Virus record (IMG/VR): IMGVR_UViG_3300019758_000009
Location: 1-64,000 of that record
Reading direction: 5' to 3' (one strand)
Length of the DNA stretch: 64,000 bases
Source of the DNA: a virus
Part shown: positions 27,568-37,728 of the stretch, piece after piece
Position numbering within the stretch: the first letter of the stretch is position 1
How the letters are laid out: each line of letters starts with the position of its first letter
The notes under the pieces: generated by a model
What the model was told of the DNA's origin: nothing
The model's input: the letters and a program-made list of their open reading frames with translations, nothing else
The model's database searches: none
Position numbers and translations under genes: made by a program

Positions 27568-28578
27568 ATGGCAGTAAATTTTTCTACTAACACATACTCT
27601 GGTGAAGTTCTTGAGGATTTAATCTCTCACGCAGTACAAGGCAACGACACCATGAATGAAGGCTTGGTCCACGTTAAAAGTGGCATCCAGCACAAATATG
27701 TCCTACCTACAATCAAATTAGGTGAAATCATCCAGGACAACGTAGCGACTCCGGTTAGTCCTACTAATTCCAAAGGTACATACACTTTAGGGGAACGTTA
27801 CCTAGAGCCTGAAGAGTTCATGGTATACCTTGAGTTTAACCCACGCGATTTCGAAGAGTACTGGAGACCTTTCCAGCCAACTGGAAACTTAGTGTTCCGC
27901 GAACTCGATCCTTTTGTACAAACTAAGATGTTACGCCTATTGATTGAGCGTAAAAACGAATACTTAGGAGAGTCAATCTGGATGTCAACAAAAGGTGGCG
28001 GCACAGCAGCTTACACTGGACCTGTTGGATTAAATGCATTAGGTACAGGAATGAACAAGTACCACCAAGGCTTCATGGCCCGTTTGTTAGATTCTATCAA
28101 ATCTGGCGTAGGTACTGAAAAAGTAATTTCAGCAGGTACTACCGCTCTTGACACTGGAGCTAAAGTTGAAGCAGCTTTATACGCTATCTGGAAGCAATTT
28201 CCTAAGCAGTTACGCAAAAGCCGTAAGCTTAAGTTCGTTATGGACATGGAAATTTGGGATCTTTACGACGAATATTTGACAGCTAAGGATGTTAAATACA
28301 AAGAGAACAAAGATGTTAATGAGCACAAATTCAAAGGTAAGCCAATTATCCCTATTAACGGAATGCCAGAACAAACTATTGTATTAGCTGAGCTAAGCAC
28401 TGGTGCTGATTCTAACTTCTGGATGGGTGTTGATTACGCTAATGATACTGAGGTTGTTAAAATCGACCAATTGCAATCAAATTCTGAGCTATACTTCTTC
28501 CAAATGAGAATGAAGATCGATGTTAACATCGTTAAGCCTGGCGAGATTGCAGTACACACCCCATGGGTACCAGTATAA
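27568..28578 (+). CDS. major capsid protein
   Basis: 336 aa directly after protease/scaffold, followed by a strong terminator. Confidence 0.8.
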   Translation: MAVNFSTNTYSGEVLEDLISHAVQGNDTMNEGLVHVKSGIQHKYVLPTIKLGEIIQDNVATPVSPTNSKGTYTLGERYLEPEEFMVYLEFNPRDFEEYWRPFQPTGNLVFRELDPFVQTKMLRLLIERKNEYLGESIWMSTKGGGTAAYTGPVGLNALGTGMNKYHQGFMARLLDSIKSGVGTEKVISAGTTALDTGAKVEAALYAIWKQFPKQLRKSRKLKFVMDMEIWDLYDEYLTAKDVKYKENKDVNEHKFKGKPIIPINGMPEQTIVLAELSTGADSNFWMGVDYANDTEVVKIDQLQSNSELYFFQMRMKIDVNIVKPGEIAVHTPWVPV

Positions 28579-28603
28579 TAGACAGATAATAACTGAAACA
28601 TAT

Positions 28604-28640
28604 AAGAGGAATGGGACCGATTCCATTCCTCTTTTTTTTT
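28604..28640 (+). terminator. intrinsic terminator after capsid gene
   Basis: AAGAGGAATGG / CCATTCCTCTT followed by a T-run. Confidence 0.85.
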
Positions 28641-28654
28641 AAAACTATTGTAGT

Positions 28655-29206
28655 ATGGTAAAAATAAAAGACAACACCAATATCGACAGCGCAAAAGCTG
28701 GAGAAACACCGCAGCAAAAAGCAGCGAAAACCAGAAAAGCTAATGCTAAAAAAGTAAACGCTGAGGTAAAGCCTGAAGTTAAAGCTGAAGAGGTAAAGCC
28801 TGAAGTTAAAGCTAAAGAGGTTGAAGTTGAAGAGGTAAAGCCTGAAGTTAAAGCTAAAGAGGTTGAAGTTGAAGAGGTAAAGCCTGAAGTTAAAGCTGAA
28901 GAGGTAAAGCCTGAAGTTAAAGCTAAAGAGGTTGAAGTTGAAGAGGTAAAGCCTGAAGAAGCGATCAATATAACCGTAACACCACCCGTGCAGCCACCAG
29001 CAGACGCGGACCTCAACGAAACAAAAGAAGAGACTCCAATCTTTCCAGAAGACGGGAACGGGAGAACCCACCAGGCATTAAAGCTTCATAGTGACACCGA
29101 AGAAGTGTACATCAATAAGGCTGGTAGCCTGTTCGAGGTTTCTACTTACTCAGAAAAGTTTTTCGGTAAAGCAGTAAAGTACAAGAATCCACACTTTAAA
29201 AAATAA
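28655..29206 (+). CDS. low-complexity EVKPEVKA-repeat protein
   Basis: Coding tandem repeats at about 28763-28958. Confidence 0.75.
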   Translation: MVKIKDNTNIDSAKAGETPQQKAAKTRKANAKKVNAEVKPEVKAEEVKPEVKAKEVEVEEVKPEVKAKEVEVEEVKPEVKAEEVKPEVKAKEVEVEEVKPEEAINITVTPPVQPPADADLNETKEETPIFPEDGNGRTHQALKLHSDTEEVYINKAGSLFEVSTYSEKFFGKAVKYKNPHFKK

Positions 29207-29212
29207 AAATAT

Positions 29213-30484
29213 ATGGCATTATCAAAAATATCGTTTAGTAGAAAATACGGTAATCTATCTACCCCATTAGCGGGAGAGGACCATATCTCGGCGATGGTAT
29301 TCGACGTTACGAACTTTCCAGGCACTACAAGTGATGGAGATGTTCATGAAATATTCAGCTTAAACGACGCTGAAACGCTAGGAGTAACAGCATACGATGA
29401 CTCTGGCAGCGCAGCTAATTACGAGCTAGGTATCCCTCACTTGCATATTTCTGAGTTCTTCAGATTAAACCCTGGAGGTAGTTTATTTGTAGCTTTCGCT
29501 GACTGTTCAGCTAATTGGAATATCATTTCAGATATCCAGAGTTTAGCCCAAGGAAAAGTAAGACAAGCAGGTGTATGGACACGTCAAAAGTTACTACAAC
29601 CAGGAGCTGCTGTTTCCGACCCTTATGAATTAAGATTGGTGGCCGACTTACATTCAAAAGCTGATGAGTTAGCTAAAGTTAATCAACCTATTTCTGTGCT
29701 TTTATCAGCAAATCTGGTATCTATCGATGCCGCTGGCAACACAACAGGATTAACCCAATTGCCAGATATTAGTGGCAGCTCATACGATAGAGTGACAGCG
29801 TTAATTGGCCAAGGTAACTCACCTACTGTAAAGGCTATCCAATTAGCAGATGTGTCACATAACACAGTAGGATGTGTTGGGGCAGCGTTAGGCTTAGTGG
29901 CTAGATCGTCTGTCGGAGACTCAATTGCTCACGTAGCTCAGTTCGATATGTCTGGTGGCCACATGAACACCGTAGCATTAGGATTTGGCGATGTATCTAT
30001 AACAGATCTAAAGCTAACCAATACCTACGCCCTTGACACTATGACTCAAGCACAAAAAGACGGTATTGAATCAAAAGGTTACGTATTTCCAATGAAGTAC
30101 ACAGGCTTAACAGGAACCTATATGAGCTCAAGTAAAACTGTATCTAACACAGATTACAGAACTATTGAGCGAAACAGGGTGATCGACAAATCAAGACGTA
30201 ACATGAGAACTCGATTACTACCTTTCCTTAACGGAACTGTAGATATAGCCCCTTCCACTGGAACTATTTCTGTAGCCCAGATAAAGGTATACAAAGTAGC
30301 ATGCGAAAGCGTTTTGCAAAACATGCAGGATGCCGGAGAGATCAGTGGATTTCAAGTTAGAATCGATCCAGCTCAAAATATATTATTAACGGATACATTA
30401 GCGATTAATTACATTATAGTTCCTAATGGTAAGTCTGCTAATATTACCGTTACCGAAGGATTCGCATTAACAACAACTGAATAA
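29213..30484 (+). CDS. tail sheath protein (DUF2586-like)
   Basis: HISEFFR, GAALG, KGYVF..KY, YRTIERNRVIDK motifs; precedes the tube gene. Confidence 0.85.
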   Translation: MALSKISFSRKYGNLSTPLAGEDHISAMVFDVTNFPGTTSDGDVHEIFSLNDAETLGVTAYDDSGSAANYELGIPHLHISEFFRLNPGGSLFVAFADCSANWNIISDIQSLAQGKVRQAGVWTRQKLLQPGAAVSDPYELRLVADLHSKADELAKVNQPISVLLSANLVSIDAAGNTTGLTQLPDISGSSYDRVTALIGQGNSPTVKAIQLADVSHNTVGCVGAALGLVARSSVGDSIAHVAQFDMSGGHMNTVALGFGDVSITDLKLTNTYALDTMTQAQKDGIESKGYVFPMKYTGLTGTYMSSSKTVSNTDYRTIERNRVIDKSRRNMRTRLLPFLNGTVDIAPSTGTISVAQIKVYKVACESVLQNMQDAGEISGFQVRIDPAQNILLTDTLAINYIIVPNGKSANITVTEGFALTTTE

Positions 30485-30495
30485 ATTTACAGCAC

Positions 30496-30936
30496 ATGGC
30501 ATTAATTAACGGTAGATCTTATGATTGGAGCATGATTCGCTTCAACTTTAGCAATATATCTGGAGAGGAGATTGCGGGTATTTCAGGTATCAAGTATAAC
30601 AGAGATAGAAAGATAGAAAACAAGTACGGAGTAGGCTCAAAACCTGTAAGCAGGGGCTTTGGCAACATTACCTTTACCGCTTCTATCACTATGGATATGA
30701 ACGCCTCTGAACAGATTAAATCACTGGTGCCTTCTGGAGTTTTGGAAGACTTAGGTGAATTTGATTTAATTGTCTCTTACATCCACCCAGAATCAGGGGC
30801 GACTGTTATTGACACGATTAAGTCTTGCATTTTCTCAGAACAAGGAACAGATGCATCTCAGGATGATACAAGCCTTGAAAAAGAGTACAACCTTAATCCA
30901 GGAGATATTGAATTTGGTGATTCATCACTTATTTAA
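30496..30936 (+). CDS. tail tube protein
   Basis: INGRSYDWS...YGVGSKPVSRGFGN. Confidence 0.85.
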   Translation: MALINGRSYDWSMIRFNFSNISGEEIAGISGIKYNRDRKIENKYGVGSKPVSRGFGNITFTASITMDMNASEQIKSLVPSGVLEDLGEFDLIVSYIHPESGATVIDTIKSCIFSEQGTDASQDDTSLEKEYNLNPGDIEFGDSSLI

Positions 30937-30945
30937 TAGACATAC

Positions 30946-30978
30946 AAAAAAGGAGGTCATTATTGACCTCCTTTTTTT
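30946..30978 (+). terminator. intrinsic terminator after tube gene
   Basis: AGGAGGTCA / TGACCTCCT followed by a T-run. Confidence 0.85.
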
Positions 30979-31053
30979 GTACCTTTTAAACCATATTTGT
31001 TCCGCTGTACCTATTATTAAGAAAAGGATTTATAATAACTTATACTTATTGTT

Positions 31054-31446
31054 ATGGCAGAATTTAATGAAGACCAAGAGCAGGAGCTATTGATTAGCGC
31101 CTCATTGCAAAAAGACATCAAAGCTAAAGTAGAAGAGCTACAAAAGGTAAAGAAAGTAAAAAAGGTATTCCCTATTGCCGTAGAAGGTGACGAGGATGAC
31201 GAGAAAGACCTTTACGTCGCGTACTTTAAAGAGCCTACGTTCGCAGATTTCTCGAAGTTCACAGCTATGGGAAAATCAAACGAAACTCAGGCCTTACGCC
31301 AATTAGGCCGTGACTGCTTGCTGGATGGCGACAAAGAATTACTTGATGACGACTCATTATTCCTATTTGGATTAATGCCTCAGTTATCATCTATTGTTAG
31401 ATTCAGAAGAAGTCGAATCGTAAATTTATCAAAAGCTGGGAAGTAA
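31054..31446 (+). CDS. tail assembly chaperone (G)
   Basis: Between tube and tape measure; ends just after slippery heptamer AAATTTA. Confidence 0.8.
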   Translation: MAEFNEDQEQELLISASLQKDIKAKVEELQKVKKVKKVFPIAVEGDEDDEKDLYVAYFKEPTFADFSKFTAMGKSNETQALRQLGRDCLLDGDKELLDDDSLFLFGLMPQLSSIVRFRRSRIVNLSKAGK

Positions 31447-31613
31447 AAAAGTGGCAGACACTTCGACAATATGAAGCGTATGTCAGGCATTTTTTTCCCG
31501 GCGTTGACCTCTCCAATATAAGCGATGAAGAATTCGCAAAACTGGCCCAAGACGCTGTATGGTTAAAAGCTGATTTGAACCCATTTGGTAAAATGGAAGG
31601 AGCTACCCAATAA
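31422..31613 (+). CDS. tail assembly chaperone -1 frameshift extension (GT)
   Basis: Open -1 frame with no usable start: IKSWEVKKWQTLRQYEAYVRHFFPGVDLSNISDEEFAKLAQDAVWL... Confidence 0.8.
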   Translation, partial: KFIKSWEVKKWQTLRQYEAYVRHFFPGVDLSNISDEEFAKLAQDAVWLKADLNPFGKMEGATQ

Positions 31614-31640
31614 CACCATAGCGCTTGCACTAGTAAGTAT

Positions 31641-31671
31641 AAAAGCCTCACAGTTCTGTGGGGCTTTTTTT
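31641..31671 (+). terminator. intrinsic terminator after the chaperone extension
   Basis: AAGCCTCACAG / CTGTGGGGCTT followed by a T-run. Confidence 0.8.
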
Positions 31672-31755
31672 GTATATATACGCAGACAACCAATGTCTTT
31701 TGTAATATCCTATTATTAAGTGTATACACAATATTCATTTAAATGAAATAAGCGC

Positions 31756-34686
31756 ATGAATTATGGAGTTAGCTATAAAATAGACATAAATGGCAGCGCT
31801 GCATCACGAGAGCTTACTAGCTTCTTAAAAACAGCAAACACCGTCATCCCAAAGGTGAATGGTAAGTTTGACAGTATGAATAAGAAGATTAGAAAGACAA
31901 TTGAAAATGTAGAAAAGCTGCAAAGAGAGCTAAAGGAACTTAGCAAAATAAAGATTGATCTGAACTCAAAGTCGGCAATTAGAGACATCAGGGAAATCAA
32001 AAGAGAGCTTGATAAGATTAGAAATAAAAGAGTAAGAGTAACCATTGATCAGAGAAATCAATCAGGGGGTAGATCTACTAGCTCAAGACCAAGAGGGGTA
32101 TCAGCTTCCAGGCCAACAGCTATGGGAAGAGCATTCTCTCCTACATCAATGATGTCCGCTGGAGGGATACCGTTCGCTACTACCATAGGAGCAGGTCTTA
32201 TCGGTATGGGATTACGTTCTGTAATATCAGAAGCTTCTCAGTTTCAACATACAATGGTAAGTGTTAACGCTATACTAAGAACAACAGATAAAGACGCCGC
32301 CACCTTTAACCAGAGATTTGAATCTATGTCCTCTAATATGAGGCAGTTAGGTGTAGATACAAAATTCTCAGCAGTGGAAATCGGCAACGCTTCCAGGTTC
32401 TTATCTATGGCAGGCATGGGCATCGCTCAAATCGATGGATCGATGAAGGCTATCACAAATATGGCGGCCATTGGAGACACCGACTTAGGGGCCATGGCTG
32501 ATGTTGTGACAAACATAATGACCGGCTACGGTATAGGCCATGAAAGAATAAATGACGCCAGTGACTCTATGACCTCTATTACGTCACGAGCAAATGTAAA
32601 TATCATGGAAATGGGAGAGTCCATGAAGTACGCATCTAACTATATGCGTATGGCAGGTATAGATTTCAGTGAAGGAGCTGCAGCTGTAGGTGTTTTAGGT
32701 AATGCTGGTATGAAAGGAACTTTGGCTGGTACAGCACTTAGAGCTATGATAATCAGGTTAATAGCGCCAACCAAGAAAGCTCAGAAAGTAATCGACAGAT
32801 TAGGTGTATCCTTCACCAGAATGGTACCAGACGGCAAAGGAGGCATGAAAGAGGCAGTTAAACCGCTACATACAATATTTTCAGAGTTAAAAGGTGCTGG
32901 GGCATCTATGGAAGATCTGAAGTTAATATTTGACAAAATCGGTGGTGGTGGAGCTATGGCGCTTGTCAATAATCTAGACAAACTAAAAAGTCTTACCACA
33001 TCCGCAAGCTTTGCTGGTGGAGAAGCTGATTTTCTAGCAGAAGAAAAAATGAAGACGGTAGTAGGTTTGAGTCAACAGATAAGATCTAAATTTTTGGACT
33101 TAGGTCAAACGCTATTTGATAAATTATCACCTAAGCTGTCGCAAATGATGACAGACCTTCTTGGATGGCTAAAAGGAGATGATGCCAGTAAAATGTTCGA
33201 CTCTACAACAGAGGGGATAAGTGACTTGCTTGATGGACTCAAGAAAACCGCCATATTCGTAAAAGGTAATTGGCATTGGTTAAAATATGTTCTAGGCGGC
33301 ATGGCCGTTAAAAGTATAGCTGGAAGAGTTATTGGCATGGGATCGTCTATGGTCGGAGGACTAAGGGGAACTGGCAGTATGCTGGGGTCTGTAGGCAGAT
33401 TCGCTTTAGGTAGATCAGGAGCTGCTGCAGGAGCAGGTATAGCTGGTAGAGGCTTAGGAATGCTAGGTGGATTAAGTTCAGCAGGAGGAGCAGCAGCGAC
33501 AAGTGTTGGGGCCATGGCAGCGTCTTTAACTGCCTTAGTTGCAGGAGGAGCTATTGTTGCAGGAGTAGGAGCTATAGCTTATGCTGTATGGGATGTACAT
33601 AAAGCTTCGCAGGCAGTACAAGAGTCAAGGTCTGCAGTAGCTGATTGGTCTATGAAAACAGTAGGGGCCAACACGGAGTCCTTAGACATCATCCAGCAAA
33701 AACTAAACGGTATATATTACACCCAGAATAAAATATCTGGAGAGAAAAAAACTACCACTAAATCGTTCGGACAGACCAAATGGGACCAGTCAATCAAAGG
33801 TTGGAGAAAAACCAATAAGTGGTCATGGTTACCATGGGCATCTGGGGATGAAAGGAACAAAGATTTAACTGGCACTGTTAAGGATTTAGCTATATCCGGC
33901 AAAAGGGGCGAGCAGATCCGCAATATCTGGAAAGACGCTATGACAGGTGGCCCTGGAGGTATCAACGCTAACATCCAGAGAATAATGTCACTGAGAGGAC
34001 AATATGCCTCTATGAGTCAAGGAAAAACTCCATTATCAAGTATGATGGAAACAGGTATATATGGCGGGGGAAAGGGATACAACCAAGTCCTCCAGTCTAG
34101 AGATGCCTATCAGTCATTAATTGGTTTTGCGGACACAATGATCGATCAACTACAAAGCATGAGCAATGCTCTAGGCTTTGAAGGGAAAGGTCAAAATATA
34201 CATGTCTTAAAGTCACTAGACGCCTTACTTGGAGGCAAGATGAACTTAGGTGGCTTTATAGAGGATATGAAAACCGGCAGATATACAACTGGCGAGGACA
34301 TAAAAAACAGACTTGGAGTCAACAAACTAAGTGTTTCTGGTATCAAAACGACTCTGGCCAGCATGGGTATAGGGTCAGGTATGATAGACACGATAATACA
34401 AAAATCAGGCCTGCTACCATCCGTAAATACAAACATAAAGGGTGAGTCAGATATCAAAAAACTTACCAACGAAAGGGGCGTAGATGACCTGGATGGAGGC
34501 ATAGGAGGTTTAAGTGGTACCGGAAGAACGGGTAACAAAACCGGCAAGATGCTTATAGTAAATATAGACAGCTTGATGAATGTTGAAAATGCCAACTTCG
34601 CGAACGAAGAAGACATGGACTCTATGAAGGAGAAAATGGCTCAAGCATTAATGGATGTAGTAAAAGATTTTGAAATAGGTTACTAA
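31756..34686 (+). CDS. tape measure protein (TP901-type core)
   Basis: 976 aa; TKFSAVE, LSMAG, MGESMKY, GMKGTLAGTALR motifs; G/A-rich hydrophobic stretch. Confidence 0.92.
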   Translation: MNYGVSYKIDINGSAASRELTSFLKTANTVIPKVNGKFDSMNKKIRKTIENVEKLQRELKELSKIKIDLNSKSAIRDIREIKRELDKIRNKRVRVTIDQRNQSGGRSTSSRPRGVSASRPTAMGRAFSPTSMMSAGGIPFATTIGAGLIGMGLRSVISEASQFQHTMVSVNAILRTTDKDAATFNQRFESMSSNMRQLGVDTKFSAVEIGNASRFLSMAGMGIAQIDGSMKAITNMAAIGDTDLGAMADVVTNIMTGYGIGHERINDASDSMTSITSRANVNIMEMGESMKYASNYMRMAGIDFSEGAAAVGVLGNAGMKGTLAGTALRAMIIRLIAPTKKAQKVIDRLGVSFTRMVPDGKGGMKEAVKPLHTIFSELKGAGASMEDLKLIFDKIGGGGAMALVNNLDKLKSLTTSASFAGGEADFLAEEKMKTVVGLSQQIRSKFLDLGQTLFDKLSPKLSQMMTDLLGWLKGDDASKMFDSTTEGISDLLDGLKKTAIFVKGNWHWLKYVLGGMAVKSIAGRVIGMGSSMVGGLRGTGSMLGSVGRFALGRSGAAAGAGIAGRGLGMLGGLSSAGGAAATSVGAMAASLTALVAGGAIVAGVGAIAYAVWDVHKASQAVQESRSAVADWSMKTVGANTESLDIIQQKLNGIYYTQNKISGEKKTTTKSFGQTKWDQSIKGWRKTNKWSWLPWASGDERNKDLTGTVKDLAISGKRGEQIRNIWKDAMTGGPGGINANIQRIMSLRGQYASMSQGKTPLSSMMETGIYGGGKGYNQVLQSRDAYQSLIGFADTMIDQLQSMSNALGFEGKGQNIHVLKSLDALLGGKMNLGGFIEDMKTGRYTTGEDIKNRLGVNKLSVSGIKTTLASMGIGSGMIDTIIQKSGLLPSVNTNIKGESDIKKLTNERGVDDLDGGIGGLSGTGRTGNKTGKMLIVNIDSLMNVENANFANEEDMDSMKEKMAQALMDVVKDFEIGY

Positions 34687-34696
34687 TAATTAACAT

Positions 34697-35569
34697 ATGG
34701 GAAGATTTAAAATTGATACCGCTAACCCTCTGTCTTTAAAGCAGGGGGTTAGACAAATAAAGCTTATAAAATCAGCTGGGCTAGGCTCTGTCAAATCGCA
34801 GGTACGGAAACTCGTATCTGGAGACATCTCCCCAGCTGATTTAATGGATCCAGGAAAGTATATATCTGACAAAAGTAAGATAGCTACCTTACTGGGTAGG
34901 TCAGACGAAAGACAGAGACCGAGGTATTTCACGCATTTTGGTGCTGGAGTCACAGATTATTTGGTTCTTAGCTTAAAATATGTAGTAGAAACAGTTACTG
35001 AGGTGCCTGTACAGAATGAACTGGTTATGGGTAGTGAAAACTTAGACCCAGACCCATTTCTTAGCGAGACAGAACAAACAGTTACAAAAACAGAAGGGAT
35101 AGATTCTTTTGTTGATTTATCGGCAACCGTAGCTATTTCTAAGAAGAAGAACGTACTCATGACAACAGTAGCGGGTAGGGATCGGTCCAGAAAAGAGTAT
35201 ATATCATCAGGTGATTTTATTGTAGATATCGAAGGAGTGATAGCCAGCAAACTTCCAGAGCAGTATCCAGAGGATGAAGTGGAGATGTTGATCAAGATGC
35301 TAGAATCCAAAGAGACCCTATCTGTAGAGAATCCCCTGTTGAATAGATTCGGGATAAACGGATTGATAATTCTAGACTACAAAATACCGCAAGGTAGAGC
35401 TACAAAAAATACCCAAGTATACCAAATCAAAGCTGTTTATGAGCCACCTATTGAATTCTTAGAGGCTGAAGCCGTTGATAATTCAACTAAATTACAAAAA
35501 AGACTCAAAGCAATCAATGAGTGGGTAGCCCTGGATAACTTAACAACCGGAGCTGCATCTAGAATATAA
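34697..35569 (+). CDS. DUF6046-like baseplate/tube-initiator protein
   Basis: KKNVLMTTVAGRDRSRKEYISSGDF...YPEDEV. Confidence 0.7.
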   Translation: MGRFKIDTANPLSLKQGVRQIKLIKSAGLGSVKSQVRKLVSGDISPADLMDPGKYISDKSKIATLLGRSDERQRPRYFTHFGAGVTDYLVLSLKYVVETVTEVPVQNELVMGSENLDPDPFLSETEQTVTKTEGIDSFVDLSATVAISKKKNVLMTTVAGRDRSRKEYISSGDFIVDIEGVIASKLPEQYPEDEVEMLIKMLESKETLSVENPLLNRFGINGLIILDYKIPQGRATKNTQVYQIKAVYEPPIEFLEAEAVDNSTKLQKRLKAINEWVALDNLTTGAASRI

Positions 35570-36885
35570 TGGAAGAAAATCAAGTTTTTAGCTACAATGT
35601 ACTAACATGCAAAATTCAAATAGGGGATTTCGATTTGAATGCAGATAGGTACATCAACACAAAATATATCTTTACAGAACTTGTGAATGTAAAGATAAGG
35701 GACTCTTACGAGACATTGACAAATACAGCTGACATCACCCTCCCCAGAGATATACTTCTATCCCTGGGAGAGAAGTCAGACGATGGCTTCAGAGAGAATT
35801 CAGTGCTGTATGACGCTTCTTCTATAATACAGAAAGGGCAGAGGATATCTATATTCTTAGGGTACGACGACAACGACAAACTAATGTTCGATGGCTTCGT
35901 AACATCGATAGAGGCTAAGTCTCCATTTGTTCTTCATTGCGAAGACTTTGGGTACAATCTAAAGAAAACATCCATACCAAGACTTGTGACATCTAAAAGT
36001 GGCACATATATTAACGATATCCTCCCAGATATCCTGGAACCGACAGGAGTTACGCTTCACCCTTCCACAGTAGATATGAATATCAAGATAGGTCAAGTAA
36101 ATATAGAAAAAGCAAAATCGCTAAGCGAGATACTGGAGCAATGGAAAAGAAATTATGGGCTTATGTCTTTTATAAAATTCCACAATTCTAAACCATGCCT
36201 GGCTTTATCTAGAACGTATTTTTCTACGAATGAAGACAAAACACTGATAGATGGAGATTCAAGCATACCGTCACTTATAGACTTTCAAGACAATGTAGCT
36301 AATGACAAACTGAAGTTTTCATATCTTGATTATGATACATTGGCACTAGAAGCGACAACTCTATACCCAGAAAATAACAGTAGATTAAGACTTACTCTTA
36401 TCACGAATAAGTCATACGCAAAAGAAAAGGCTAAATGGGATAACCTAAGTGATTCAGAGAAGGCCGGCACTCCACCGCCTGATGAATATGAGATAGTCAA
36501 TGAAAGTACTATAAGTAAAAAAGAAGCAAAGAAGAACTTTAAGGCCGCCATGAGTATAAAGGATAACATTGCCAATGTAAAAAACATCCAAGATAGATTC
36601 AATCTTGCTGAATACAACGTGAGAACTTATCACGAGTTTAACGTTGACAGAGATACCCTTATAGCTAATGCAAAAGCTAAGTTTACAGAGATCTCGCAAA
36701 CAGGGATTGATGGCACCGTCACTATCTTTGGCGACTACGGCTTAAGGTCGTCATCTATGGTCAGACTTTACGACAGGAGATCACCAGAGAAAAATGGCGT
36801 GTATATATCAAGCGAGGTAATCACAACTTTCGGTACAAAAGGATACAGGCAAGAATTGAAAATACCGCATAAAAGAGGAGACTAA
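35569..36885 (+). CDS. baseplate hub (late control D-like)
   Basis: LTNTADITLP, ISIFLGY..MFDGFV, CEDFGYNLK motifs. Confidence 0.75.
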   Translation: MEENQVFSYNVLTCKIQIGDFDLNADRYINTKYIFTELVNVKIRDSYETLTNTADITLPRDILLSLGEKSDDGFRENSVLYDASSIIQKGQRISIFLGYDDNDKLMFDGFVTSIEAKSPFVLHCEDFGYNLKKTSIPRLVTSKSGTYINDILPDILEPTGVTLHPSTVDMNIKIGQVNIEKAKSLSEILEQWKRNYGLMSFIKFHNSKPCLALSRTYFSTNEDKTLIDGDSSIPSLIDFQDNVANDKLKFSYLDYDTLALEATTLYPENNSRLRLTLITNKSYAKEKAKWDNLSDSEKAGTPPPDEYEIVNESTISKKEAKKNFKAAMSIKDNIANVKNIQDRFNLAEYNVRTYHEFNVDRDTLIANAKAKFTEISQTGIDGTVTIFGDYGLRSSSMVRLYDRRSPEKNGVYISSEVITTFGTKGYRQELKIPHKRGD

Positions 36886-36887
36886 AA

Positions 36888-37727
36888 ATGGACAATAACG
36901 CTAAAATCAAACAGGCAATCAGAAAAATTTCAGCTGCTGGAGAGATAAAGGCCATTCAAATACTAACCGGATATGTTACCACAGTATATCCGGTTGGAGA
37001 TGAAAAATATGGCCTTGTTGACTTCGCTAGTCTGGATGGGTCTAGATATATAACAGGAGTATCATTATCATCAATTGATAATAACTCAAGAGGGGATATA
37101 ACCTTGCCAGCTGAAGATTCAGAGATCACTATTATGGTCTTGAATAATGTAGACGCTTACGTACTGTTATACACACATATAGACACTAGGCTGATAGATG
37201 TAAATAGTTCATTTAAGGTCATAGCTACAGGTGTAAAACCGATGGATGACAACACAGACTATGACGAAGTAGAAGTCACTGGAGAGTCATCATTTACAGA
37301 GCATACGCCTACAGGTATATCGTCAAGCGTAATAGATGTTTCTGGAAGTAACGATAAAATAAATGCCAGCATAAAAACATCATCATCATCCAGTAATACT
37401 GTAACCGACAACGGCACAGGCAAAAGTACAGCTATAACACAAACACCTGATGATGTAATGATAACGTCAGGCAATGTAACCTTTAAACAGACAGAGACAG
37501 GAACAGAAGTTGTAGCCCCTCAAATAAAGCTAGGGAATGGAAATGCATCAGAAAAAGCTGTTCTCGGGAATGTACTGAAAACAGTACTCGGGGATTTTAT
37601 TGATCAGGTAGCTCAAATAAAAACTACCACAGCAATAGGTCCTCAGCCAATACTTAATATTCCAACAGTTATGGCCTTGAAGAGTAGGCTAGATACAATA
37701 TTATCACAAGTAAACCTAATCGAATAA
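36888..37727 (+). CDS. baseplate spike (gpV/Mu gp45-like)
   Basis: OB-fold-like N-terminus, beta-rich stretch, IKLG...AVLG C-terminus; position after hub. Confidence 0.65.
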   Translation: MDNNAKIKQAIRKISAAGEIKAIQILTGYVTTVYPVGDEKYGLVDFASLDGSRYITGVSLSSIDNNSRGDITLPAEDSEITIMVLNNVDAYVLLYTHIDTRLIDVNSSFKVIATGVKPMDDNTDYDEVEVTGESSFTEHTPTGISSSVIDVSGSNDKINASIKTSSSSSNTVTDNGTGKSTAITQTPDDVMITSGNVTFKQTETGTEVVAPQIKLGNGNASEKAVLGNVLKTVLGDFIDQVAQIKTTTAIGPQPILNIPTVMALKSRLDTILSQVNLIE

Positions 37728-37728
37728 T

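Noticed and set aside
28763-28958. CRISPR or non-coding repeat, and the minus-strand ORFs 28532-29071 and 28645-29016
   Set aside because: In-frame coding repeat of the plus-strand gene; the antisense ORFs are shadows of it.
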